From positions 558,001 through 622,000 of the forward strand of contig MU058584.1 in assembly GCA_013265495.1 (NCBI GenBank): a DNA stretch of 64,000 nucleotides, in the 5' to 3' direction. The notes below the pieces were generated by a model, which did no database searches, was not told the DNA's origin, and worked only from the letters and a program-made list of their open reading frames with translations. Position 1 is the first letter of the stretch; every line of letters starts with the position of its first letter. Of this stretch, positions 50,726 to 62,500 are shown one piece after another. A program made the translations under genes and the position numbers. The stretch is from Vicugna vicugna. Taxonomy: Eukaryota.

Positions 50726-53252
50726 ACTCTTTTAAATGGTTGGTGCTGTTTATTTTTAGCAAATGACTAAAACACACATGGGTGGCTTGCTCAACACCAT
50801 TTTGCTCATTATAAGCAATTTGCTGGTAGACTGTGACTTCAGAGTGGCAAGGTTGCCTCTTCTCTTTGCTCCGTTTTTGTCAAGTCACAACGTAGCCCGC
50901 CAGAGGGATGAAGAGTGAGGGTGAAAGATGAGCTGAAGGTGCCCCATTCTAGATCCTCACAACTGGATCCATTCAGGCCTTTAGACCTAGAGGTGGGTAG
51001 GTTTGTGCTGTGTGGGAAAGCTCTGGCCCACCCTGTAAGGAGCAGCGTGTGAAGCAAGTGTGGGTAAGCGTCTGCATGTGAGAGCCCAGAGTTGTCTTGC
51101 CTATTTGTGCTTAGTTCCTAAACGTTTACAGGACAGCGTGGAGAGCATGATCTCCTTGTGTGCCTCCCTCACAGCCTGGTTTGGAACGTTAGAATGAGTT
51201 GGGGTGTTAGTTGACACCCTGTGCCTCGGCTCCTTCCAGGGTACTGGTGATTTCAATTGGCCGTAGTGGTGCAGAGAACGATCATGGGTCTGGGAGTCAG
51301 CCCGAGGGAGTTTAACCTCTGCTTTGCCATCAGCTCCCTGTGTGGTGCTAGGCAGACCTTTTGCTACCTGGTTTTCCTATTTGGTTAATCTAAACTGTTG
51401 GAGTGTATGCACACCTTTCTGGTCTAAAATCTAATGATTCACGTGTGAAAATGAGACAGCATGGTAATGAGTGATGCACACGGGATCCCGAAGACTTAGC
51501 ATTTCACCCCACCTTGGCCCATTCCATTCCTCCCTCTGCCAGCTGGGAACTTCAGATGTACTTAGTATAAAGGGGGCTCAGGTACCGGGGGAAATACGGG
51601 AGGTTGCGTCAGTGCCTGTTTGTAGAGATTTTAAAATACGAGTCTGTTTTGGTTTAGTTATTTAAAGTGTGTGGGAGCCTGGTCATCCAGGTTTGTTATA
51701 CTTCGCACAGCAGGACCCCTGTCTTGCATGCTGCGTCCTCTCGGTATGTTGTTGCTGGTGGCCCAGGCAGGAGGTGAGATTCCCAGAGTGATCGGTCACT
51801 ACATAAAATCTCTCTCTCGTTTGTTTCCCACCTGCTTTCCGAGCCCCTTTCTCGGACAGGTAAGATACCGTCTTTCTTACGGATGACTTACGTCCCCAGA
51901 TGCTCCCCTCTGCTTGGCTATGTGCATGCTGGGGGTGTGCTGTGGGGAGGACCAGCTGGCTGGGATCCAGTCACCTTTCTTTCTACCATCACCATTATTT
52001 TCTGAACTACTAGGACTCTAGTCCTGAGGAAGGGAGGGACAAGAGTGTGGGGGTCATTAGTGCCATCAGCAGGAAAGGGGCTCATGGCACACCCCTCTGA
52101 TGTGGAGATGAAGGAAGCCCCGGCCAGAGTCCTACTTTGGAGAGAAAGGCAGCTTCTCCCGCACTGACCTCCAGAGCCCCCGTGGACCACTCCCAGAGAA
52201 GGGGGTTTCGGGTGGTTTTTGTAAATGGAAAAAGGCTTGGGAATAGCTTCTCTACAGTGTCAGCCCACAATGCAGTCAGTTTTAAGTGTTCATTTCAAAA
52301 TTCAATCAAACTAATTTATTAAATGCCTACTATTGTGCAAGGCCCTATGCTGAACATTACAGACAATAAATACCACTTAAGATCCTATGTCCCATCAGGG
52401 AGCTTACCATGTAATCATAGAGACAGGTGTATCTACCAGGAAGACAGAGAGTGGTAAAGAGAGTGAATGATGGGCTGTTTTTAAGTTACTTAAGAATTGA
52501 GTGTATACATTCTGAAGGGTAGAGAACCAAGAAGGGCAGGAAAACTACAGTGCTGCATGATCCAAAAGCTATTTATGTTTATTAGAACATGTTTCTCAAA
52601 GAATTATAATAAAAAGGGCTCACTGTTTACAAATCACTGCCAGGTATTTTTGGTTAACACTTTTAGAAATGAGTGTGTCTGCTCTGAAAATTCACACTAA
52701 ACCAGTGAGGAAACTGCCACAGAACTACCTGAGCCGGGAAGTGACGGGGTCTGGCCTTCTTCCCCGTCTTCAGCCTTCCTCCTTCAGCATTGGCTCTGTT
52801 TTCCTGGTGGCCTGAATGCTTCCGGTTTAGGGGGAAGTCATGAATTGCATTAGACTCCAAGGGCTTCCCTGCTAGTTCAGAGTTCATGATTCAAGAAAAA
52901 TTAGCGGGATGTGGGGTGTGATAGGGAAATTATGCAAAAGTGGATGACGAGGCAAGATACACCCTCTCAGGAGAAGACTCAAGAGTTGACACCCCTGTTG
53001 TGGGACGAGCTGGGAAGCCCCGCTAGTCAGGTGGGCCTGCACCTGGAACCCAGCCACCCAAACCAGGCTCTGTACCCTGCATCCCAGGGATGCTCAGGTC
53101 GAGTTCCCAGTGTGTCTTCCACATGGGTGAGGGGTAGTTACGGAGGTGAAGACTGTGGGTTCATCCAAAGAGGGGGATCTTCACTCTTCCCCCAGCTTCC
53201 TCCTGCCACCCAAAGAGACCCTTAGAATATGGCTCATCAAGGTAGTTGGCTC

Positions 53253-53380
53253 GGGGGGAGGGTATAGCTCAGTGGCAGAGTGCACACTGAGCATGCATGA
53301 GGTCCTGGGTTCAATTTCTAGTACCTCTATTAAAATAAATAAACCTAATTAAACCCCCTCCCCAATTTAAAAAAAAAAAA
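53253..53380 (+). mobile_element. tRNA-derived SINE, camelid Vic-1-like
   Basis: A box tagctcagtgg, B box ggttcaatt, aataaataaa and poly(A) tail. Degenerate TSD aaggtagttggctc / aagatggctgactc. Confidence 0.88.
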
Positions 53381-54907
53381 GATGGCTGACTCAGAAGGGA
53401 TGACTCTGCTTAAAACCACAATAAAGAGAAAAGTTTTCCGAGGCCCAGGATTCAGCAGTGCAGGGCAGAGAACTGCTTTGTACAGAAGTTCGACAGAAAA
53501 AAAGGTACACCCTGACTTCAGTTACTCTTAGGATGGCTCAGCGAGGACAGGCACTTAGCAGAGGTGTTGACAAGGAGAGGAGCCCGTGACCAAATGTAAC
53601 CTCTCCTCCATCCAGATTGACAAAATGTCTAGAGCATTCAGTAAGGACAGCAACCTCAAGCCTGCTTCCAAGGCCCCAGAGTGGATCTGGCTACACTGAG
53701 GCCCGGGCTGGATTTCCAGGTGGGAAGAGGCCCTGTGCAAGTGTGTGGACAGTGCAGCTTAGAGCCCTGAGCTCTGGCTGTTCCAACTGCAAACCTTGGA
53801 GCTGCTGTAGTCTGGGCCTCCACAATTCTCCATCTCCATCTGCAAAATGGGTTTGGAAATTCAATTTAAGGCATTTATTGAGCACCCACCACGTACCAGA
53901 CCCAGGCTAACTGTCAAGGACGCAAAGATGAGCGAGATATGGTCTCCACCCTGCAAGCGTTTATAACCTAGTGGGTCTACTCCCAGCCCTCAGCCCTTTG
54001 AGTTAATTGTTTGAGCCAAAGAGAGATCTCTGGGAGGAGACTGTCCACGAGGCATATTTAGGCAGCTGTTCCATGCAAGGCGGGGGAAGTCATGAAAAGA
54101 ACCCTGAGCTTTGGGTGAGAAAACCTGAGTTCTGGTTCCAGCTACACCGGTACCTGGCCTGGGACCTCTGGCCTGGCAGTTCGTTGCTGTGAGCCCGTCT
54201 TCATCATCTACAAACAGAAGTCGTACTGTGCCCCACTTCACTAGGTTGTCGGGAGGGTCAAGTGAGTTGGTGCGCCTCCTGCTTCCTTGGCCCCAAGCGC
54301 GTGTCCATTTGTGTGTGAGCTGGTCTGAGCCACACTCAGCGTCTCCTTGCGCGCAGCTAGCCCGTCCTCCCGAGTTCCACCCCAGGAGAAGTGAGCATTT
54401 TCCATGGAGAAAACGAGCTACACACGTGGCTTTTCAGCAGGGAGCTTCCAACTCCAGGCCTCGTACTTGCCATCCCCCCACCAGCTTCTGCCCCAGTGCC
54501 TGAGTCAGAGAGCTCAGCGTGTGCTCACGGCAACGGGGAAAAATGTCACATCGTATTGCTTCACCCTCGTTTTTTTCTTTACCTCAAAGGGCCTGGTGAC
54601 CCCACAGTAAGGGGTTAAGCCATGAGTCAAGGAGGCAGATTTAAAGGGATAAGTTAGCTCTTTTGTGGCTAGAGTTCGTCACTGATTAACCTGGGCGAGG
54701 CAGAACTAGAATTTCTGGTCCTATGTCCCACCCAGACAACTGGATCCGAAGGTCAAGAGTGTCTTTGCTGGCTCTTTGTTGACTGTTTCCAAAGCCTTAT
54801 GCAGTTACAAGTCGTGGGCATGGTATAAGGAGGAGACAAGCAGTGATGGGGTCGCCGCCCACTCACCATTTCTCCGTCTGCCCTGTTTGTTCGTAGTTGA
54901 CCACAGC

Positions 54908-55206
54908 ATGTTCGAGAACTTGAACACAGCCCTCACCCCAAAGCTCCAGGCGAGCCGCTCCTTTCCCCACTTGTCCAGGTCTGCGGCCCCCAGCTCTGCC
55001 ACCCTGGGGCCTGTGGAGCCCGGAGGGCCAGGACTCTGGGCGGGCAGCAGCCAGCACCTCAAGAACCTGGGCAAAGCCATGGGGGCCAAAGTGAACGACT
55101 TCCTGCGGAGGAAAGAGCCCTCGGGGCTGGGCGGCGTGGGCACAATGGAAGTCAACAAGACGGCAGGGGCCCAGCTGGCCGGCGGGGCTGACGTGGATGA
55201 CGGAAG
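54908..55206 (+). CDS. C1orf226: C1orf226 first coding exon (acceptor at 54896/54897, ATG at 54908)
   Basis: Encodes [23 protein letters not shown]...[20 protein letters not shown]...DDG. Donor AAG|gtgagt, phase 2. Confidence 0.92.
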
Positions 55207-56056
55207 GTGAGTGCACCCCACCTCCTGCCCTGACACCCCCGGTTCTGTGGACCCCCTGGAAGAAGTCTGCGGACAAACTGTAATGTCTCGGGAGAGTGAT
55301 CCCATGGAAGGAACATGAGGTGGTCACATGAAGAGCAGCTGAAGGGTCAGGCGACGTTTGTGGGAGCTGGCTTCAGTCTCCATCTCCACGGCAAACGTTT
55401 ATCGAGTGCCCATCACATCCTAGCCCTGAGCTACGCTTCAGCTACATTACTTTACCTAACCCCACAACGGCCCTCTGAGGTAGATTATATTATTTCCATC
55501 TTGCAGACAACAAAAGTGCAGAGAGGTAGTATCAGGTGCTTAAGGTTACCAAGTTAGGGACTGGCAGAGCTGGAGTCAAACCCAGGGATTGCCCAGAAGC
55601 TCCCCAGGGGGAATCTGACCCCCAGCCACACCGGAGGACCCCTGCACTGACTGTTGGTAGTAGAGAAGCCAGCATCTGGCAGAACCCACTGGACAGGGGA
55701 GGCAGTCGCCCACTGTGGCAGCCCTCCCATTTCCAGGCCTTGTTTTAAACACCTGCGCTCCCCAGGTGGGGATGCACTGTTTAGGACTGTCGCATAGGTT
55801 CTGATGTGACACAGTTCATTGGGGGTCCTGGCGTTAACATTGCTGCTCTGAACACCGAGCGAGGGCGGGACGGGCCAAAAGCAGTTTGCGCACAAACTGC
55901 TGAAACACACTAAACCAAGAATGAGAGGCTGGAGCGTAAAGCGCTCCTGGGGTGGGTGGGTTGAAAGTGCAGGTGGAGTTAGAGAAGGGAAGACGCACTG
56001 GGGACTGGTGTCCCAGCATCCTTAAAGCACATGCCTCTCTGTCATCAACCTTACAG

Positions 56057-56555
56057 ATCAGCCCTGCAAGATACATTCCCTCGCCTGGATCCTCCACCTC
56101 CCATCACCAGGAAGCGAACCCCACGAGCCCTGAAGACCACCCAGGACATGCTGATTTCATCGCAGCCTGTCCTAAGCAGTCTGGAGTATGGGACTGAGCT
56201 GTCACCTGGGCAACCCCAGGACTCCTGTCCCGCTGCCCAGCCCAGCCCAGCAGAAGCTTCACAGCCAGAGGCCACCATGGAAATGGCGGACAGGGGCGAG
56301 GCTCTGCCCAACGGAGAGGTTTCCCTGTCGGTACCTGACCTCATCCACAAGGACAGCCAGGACGAACCCAAGCTAAAGATGACTGAGGGCAGAAGGGCCT
56401 CTTCCCCTGGCCTCATCGAGAGAAACGGCCTCAAACTCAGCCTGAGCCCCATCAGCCTGGCTGAGTCCCTGGAGGACAGCAGCCCGCCTCCTCGGGCACG
56501 GACCTCCAGCCTTGACAACGAGGGCCCTCACCCAGACCTGCTGTCCTTTGAGTAG
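56057..56555 (+). CDS. C1orf226: C1orf226 terminal coding exon (spliced ORF from ATG is 265 aa)
   Basis: ttacag|A acceptor completes AGA. Encodes [37 protein letters not shown]...SVPDLIHKD...HPDLLSFE, stop TAG. Confidence 0.92.
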
Positions 56556-59497
56556 AGCTGCTTCTGTCCTGCTGTGCGCTCCCTTCCCTCTGCTCTCCCC
56601 TCAGCCGTGTACCCAGGCCCTTGCCCCAGCCCCAACCTGCTGTTTGCCCTCCTCGCACAAGGCACCAGCAAGGAGCTGATTCTCCCTCATGGGCTGTTGC
56701 AGGGCCAGAAGCCACAAGTAGCCCTACTTCTAGGGTCCATCTGTGGGATGGCAAAGGGACTCAGGTGCCATCTCAGTTCCCCTGGGTGCTGGCTGCAGCT
56801 CTTGGATAGCAGAGCGTCATGGCTCCTCACTGACTGCAGGACCAGCAGCCCAAGATGAAGGATCTTGCGGAAATTCTCTTTGCCTGCCTCCTACAGGCTG
56901 CCTACTCTTCTCCTTCCCAGGCCCTCAGGGTTCCTTCCTTCCCTTCCCTGGGGACCCAGTGTCCTCCTGCCTCAGGGGGAATCAGGCTGGAGGAGGAATT
57001 GCAGGTTTGGCTTGATGACGGGCCCAGACCCAGAAAGCCACACACCCTGAGCACAGCCCAGTCACAGCTCCTTCTGGTCCCAAGAAAACGCAAGCCCCTG
57101 GTTGTCCCCTCACCTCTGCCTAGGTGGATGAGGGTCAGGGGAGAGGCTTCCCAGGCCTGAGACCTTGGGCAGCCTTGTCACCCAGGGTTCACAGGGTGTT
57201 ACTGATCTAGCCACATGGCGAACTTGGTGAGCACTCCCAGAGTAGGGGACACAGAGCCAGCCACCAAGAGCGCCTGCCCGGAGTGTGAGTCTGGAGAGGC
57301 ACCGAGGAAGCAGATGCAGCCTGCTACACTCGGGCTTCCCTTGCTGTGCGTGGGGACAGGGCCAGGCAGGCCGCAGCGGGAGCAGCAGAGCAAGTTGCGA
57401 TCCTGTTCGGGGGAAGGGCCCAGGAACCTAGCACCCAGGGAGCTGGTCCCCGAGAACCCAGAGCAGTAGTGGAGATGGCAGTGTGGCAACCAGGATGTGA
57501 AAAGAGCCATTGTCGGGGCTCCTAGCAGCCTCTCAGGGGCCCCACCACCTGAGATGCAATTGTAGGGTCTAAGCATGATAAGTGCGAGAACCAGGGTGGA
57601 GAGAGTGAGAGGTTGGAACGCGGTGAGAACCGCGGGGCAGGCTGCTTTTCCTAAAGTAGGAAGCGCTCTGCTCTCCTGTAGGAGGTGCCCGCCCCGTGCC
57701 TGCCTCGGGGTCTTTGTGAGGGGCTGACCTGGTTCACCCAGCCCCGCTGGCTCCTGCCCCCCTGGGTTAACCCACTTTTGTGTTCCTGTCTCCTACCAGG
57801 GGTCCTGTCGTGCTGTCTTCCTGTGGGCAGGAGACCCTGTCGGGGGCTGATCCCCACGCTGGGGGCCTTTGCAGCAAGGAGAGAACAGGCCTTTTCTTGA
57901 GCAGAGAGGCTGGTCCCAGGAGAAGGCTGGGAGTGGCACGTCTGGCCAGGGCGGGCAGTTCAACAGTCCTCCTCCTGTGATTCCTGCCACCTCCCTTTTC
58001 TATTCATTGTTCCGCTTCCTACTCTGGGGGCCCCAGAGCTCATTTCCCACTTCACCCAGTCATCCCATTTCTGTTCCCCTCGCCACCACCTCTGCCACAT
58101 AAAGTGTCCACGCTAACTCCTGCAGACCTGGGAGCCTCGGGACCCCCAGGCTGAGGCTGCCTTCCTGCATCCTTGCTTCTGCAGCCGTGCACATTGCCAC
58201 AGCTCGCCCACCGCCTCCCGTTCCACCCCGTCTTGCACAGCGGAGCCTTGTTTCACCGTCCTCAGGAGGGTCCAGGCACGCCGAGTGCCATGGTGAAGTG
58301 AGCAAGGCTGTTGCTGAATTGAGTAGATCGTGACTTACTCCAGGAACAGCACAAGGATTTGGGGACCTGTGAGTTTTTCCAGAATGGCTTGGGGTTCTGC
58401 ACAAAATGCAGAGCCGGGGGCCGGGGGCAGAGAACTATGAACACACGTGCTGGGAGCAAGCCCAGTTTCCGCTGCGCTTCCACACCAGGAGCTTGGTTTG
58501 CTTCTCTGATGGGAAGCTTACCAGGTACCTGCACTCTGGGCTGCTCCTCCCCTATAGACCAGGGTGGCTCTGGCCAGGTGACACTGCAGCCGTAGGTACA
58601 GAGGTTGCGGGGCCAGGCTGCCTTAAGCACCTTGCTCTCTACGCCACATCCAGCCTCCGATGAAGTCCTGGCCCTCCGACCCGGGATTAGCACAGGGGTC
58701 CTACCAGGCTTTCCCAGGACCACTCAGATTCATGCCTGGTACCAAATAAGGGTCTGTGGGACCCTGCTGCAATCTCTAGCCGGCCTCTCTGTGATCACCT
58801 CAGCCATCCTTCTGCAGCGGGAGTGATTCTGCTACCAGGGGTGGGGCGAGGTGGGCGGGGACACTCTCTGAGGCTGAAATCTGGTCCTAGATGCTGCAGG
58901 TAGTGCCGGAGCCTGGGGCTAAGTGTTACCCAGAGGCCAGCAGAACGACGACTTCTATCCTGCTGAGGGTCTCGGCTCAGACCAGGCCTCTAGCCGAAGC
59001 CCCACCTGGCTTCCTGTGTCCATCTCGACAGCCTGAGCTTCCTGTGCCTGCAGCATGGCAGTCCCCTCCCCACCTGACCACCCCTCGCCATGCTGAGTCT
59101 GGCTTCTCTGAGTGGCCCAGTGTGCTCAAGGGCAGGGTACCGAGGAGGAATGAAAGGCCTGTCTTCTCTGTCCATGTAAGGAAGTCTTTTCTCTCCCCGT
59201 TGCTCACCCATGCCCCGTGTCCCCAGAGTCAGCGGCAGCTTTACCCTGATAGATACAAGGTGAGCTTCCAGAACCTGGCAGGAGGGTGGCGTGTTCCCCG
59301 GCAGGGAGAGAAATGTGTCTGTGTTAACGAGTGTGGGTGACAGGAAGACGCACATTCGAAGAATCCATCAACTTTTAAAGAACAAAGAGGTTGGCCTCAG
59401 GCTGGGGGACGAAGGATACTACAGAGCTATTCTGAGGATTTTCTAGAGATTTTATATTTATATTTTTAGTAATTTTTCTGGTAGAAGGAAACCGTAC

Positions 59498-59503
59498 AAT
59501 AAA
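59498..59503 (+). terminator. C1orf226: C1orf226 (and fusion transcript) polyadenylation signal
   Basis: AATAAA with a T-rich upstream tract and a strong GT-rich downstream element (ggtttggttttgttggttttg). Confidence 0.8.
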
Positions 59504-62500
59504 ATCATTTGGTTTGGTTTTGTTGGTTTTGTTTTTCTGTCTTGACTGGTGGGGCGTGGTTGGTCTTTCTGAAGCCTGACTTGTGGCTTGGAGAGCATTG
59601 GCCTTTGCTTTGTGAGCCTGAAGAGGGAGGCGTGAGTGGGGTAGAAACGTCAGGATGTCAGGCGCTGCCAGCAGACCTCCAGCCCGCGACTCCTGGGGGG
59701 AACCCATCTCTGGGGATGCGCCCTCGTTTGTGCCCTGACTAGCTGTCCACTGTGGAAGTCATTCCTCTTCCAACCTGCTCTACAGCTGATTCAGGGCATC
59801 ATGTGCTCAGGTGCGACCCTCCCCATCAGGAGGAAGCAGGGAGGAAACTGGAGTGTCCACCAGATTGTCCTCTAGGTGGTGACTTAACGTGGGGTCCACC
59901 ACAGCCCTTTTCCACCAAGTAGGGGACGGAGCTGGGTGTGCACGCAGACGCTCTTCAGAGAGGAACTAGAGCTGCCATCAGAGTCACAGTCCCTAGTAAG
60001 TGTCAGTGAAACACCCAAAGTTGCTGATGTGGGCACTTCCCCAGGCCGGAGTGACCCCGATGCTCCTTACTGAGAGCGTGGCTTGGAGCAGCACTGGCCT
60101 GAAGCCCCTTTGACCCCCTTGCTTCCCCCTGGTTGGTGTCTTTGGTGAGGACCCAAAGGACTCCCAGTTGAGAGTCGGCCAGACTTTTAACCCACTAAAA
60201 GGGAGAGTGTGGAGAAGAGACAGGAAGGGGAAGGAAAAAAGTCTGTTCTTAGGAGCCATACCCATTTCTAAAGGGGGAAAGATGGGGCCTGTCTGCCCAG
60301 CGCTGCCATTTGCCCCCATGACCGTGCCAGGGGTCCCTGGCTGCACATCCAAAATGTCTCAGGCATGAGGCTAAGCCTGCAGCCTCTTCTGCATCGAATT
60401 CCACTCCTGACTTCCTTTCTCAGAGGACTAGCAGGAGGACGGCGGACGTTCAGGCTGCTCACTCGCTCTGCAGAGGGGTTCGCTGTGTTGTTCCAGGAAG
60501 GCGGCAGTCACGCAAAAAACAGTCCAGCATATTCCATGCATGGGGAAAGGCATTGAAAATACTTACAATAGCAAGTTTTTCCTTTAAGGGTAAGCTCCAG
60601 GGACTAATCTTCGGCGACTTCTCCCATTGGATGATTGGCTTCTGCAGGTATTCAGGTGTGACATGTGATTTTAATATGCCTTTCTTTCTCACTATTATGC
60701 AAAGTAGTTATTTTGGGCCAAGATTGAATATGAAAAATTGTAAAAAATGTTTTTGAGGAAATTTTTAAGTGTCAAAAAGGATGTGCATGTCGTGTTTCTT
60801 AATGCCATGCTCTAAGTGCTCTAGAATCTGGGGTACAAAGATGTATTTGTTTGGACAAATATCCAAGCCCCTTCGTGGGCACAGTGCTGTCCGGAGCACA
60901 GCCGTAACATCGGTGGACAAGGAGACCCTGGTTCTACCTCTTAACCATGAGCACAGTGGGTGAGGACACCATGAAACCTGCCCCCCTGTTATTCTAACAG
61001 GCTGTGTTAGCAGAGCATGAAAGCAGATGGAAGCACCAAAGGGGGCCGGGTGGTAACTTCAGCTGAAGGTGCCTTTCCTCGGAGCTTACTCTGCTTCTCA
61101 TAGTTGCTGAAGGAAATGAACAAATCAGAGGTCATCGGGAAACCTGCTTCAGTCCTAGAGTCTGTGCATGTGCTGGTGGGGACCTCCCCTCAGGATTCCA
61201 AATTTATGGAGTTAGCTAATCCAGGGTTGCGCCTCAGATCCTGCTCCACACTCAGACTTCCTTCCTGGTCCATTTGCTCTGCTCTCAGATTTCTTCAGAA
61301 TCCCTTCGAAGCCGGTGAATCCTGGGAGTGTGGTAGAACTGTCTGTGCTTTGACTGTGTCCTCTCTCCACTCACATCCCCACTGCAGAGCTCCACACTCC
61401 AGCCTGGTGGCTGCTGGTAACAACCCAACAATGGCTTATCTTTGAGATTTTGGCCCTCAGGTTCCCCTGGGCTTCACCCTGCTGCGCCCACCGCTAGGTT
61501 TGAGGTGTCCAGTCTGGAGCTCATGCTGTGGCTTCGCTCTGGGTGGGAGCAAGTAATTAAGTCCACACACAGGAATCCCCACCTCCCCCGAGCAGCTTCC
61601 CAAGCGTGGGTGACATTTAATGTCTTTCCTCTCTCCCAAGGAAATCCACTCTGGAAACCTTAATTTGAGTTGTCCAGTGAAAGCATCTTCCAGTGCTTTG
61701 CCCCTCCAGGATGCCCTCCGCCCTGCTGCCATTCGCAGAGTCCCCTGCACTGATTTACCACTAATGAGAAAATTCCTCTGCTTTCGTATCTAGGGCCCGA
61801 CCCCCGGAGACACAAATCCTCTTTGTGTCCAGCTTATCTCCAGCTGCTGCCATGATAAATAGTCCAGCTCAAGGGAGCCTGGAGAAGCTCTACCCCACTG
61901 AACGAATCACTTGGTTATTGACCACACAGACAGGGAATCACGCTTGGAGAAATATTTAAGAACCTACCCAGACACACCACGCTACTTTCTTTCCCATGGG
62001 AGGTGCCTGTTACAGAGTAGGAAATGCTGCCAGTGTTTCTCCCTTGGAAAAGACCCAAAAAAGAAAAGAAAAGAAAAGAAAATCCCCCAAAGCAAAAAGC
62101 AACCTCCCGACAAACTGCAACTTTGTTTTGTGTTTTACTGTTGAACCAGTCAGCGTTTTCTAGTGCCACCTGCTTAGCTACCTCCTTCCTTAGAGCACCT
62201 TCCATGTTTGTCACCGCATCCTCTCTGTTCTCCTGGTTATTAGGTAACGCCGGCCGGTTTGGTCTGGTGTGTCAGCACAGTCGAATGTTCAGCCTACTTC
62301 ACAGGCTAGTCCACGGCAACTTACAACATCTCCATCTGGTTACCGCGGAGTGGTTCTGGCTGGTCCACGCCACTATGAGGCCAGTGAAGGGGAAGCCTGG
62401 TCTCTGAGATGGAGGGACATGCATTCCGTCAGCCCTGGGAAGGGCTTGCTGCTCCAGCCAGTGAATACACTCCCTCTGCATCCTGTGCCCACGACGGGTG

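Noticed and set aside
53253..53330. Possible tRNA gene
   Set aside because: It has A/B boxes but also an A-rich tail, a TSD and a diverged second copy, so it is a tRNA-derived SINE.
54805..56518. Antisense ORFs over the C1orf226 exons
   Set aside because: These are shadow ORFs expected opposite GC-rich coding sequence.
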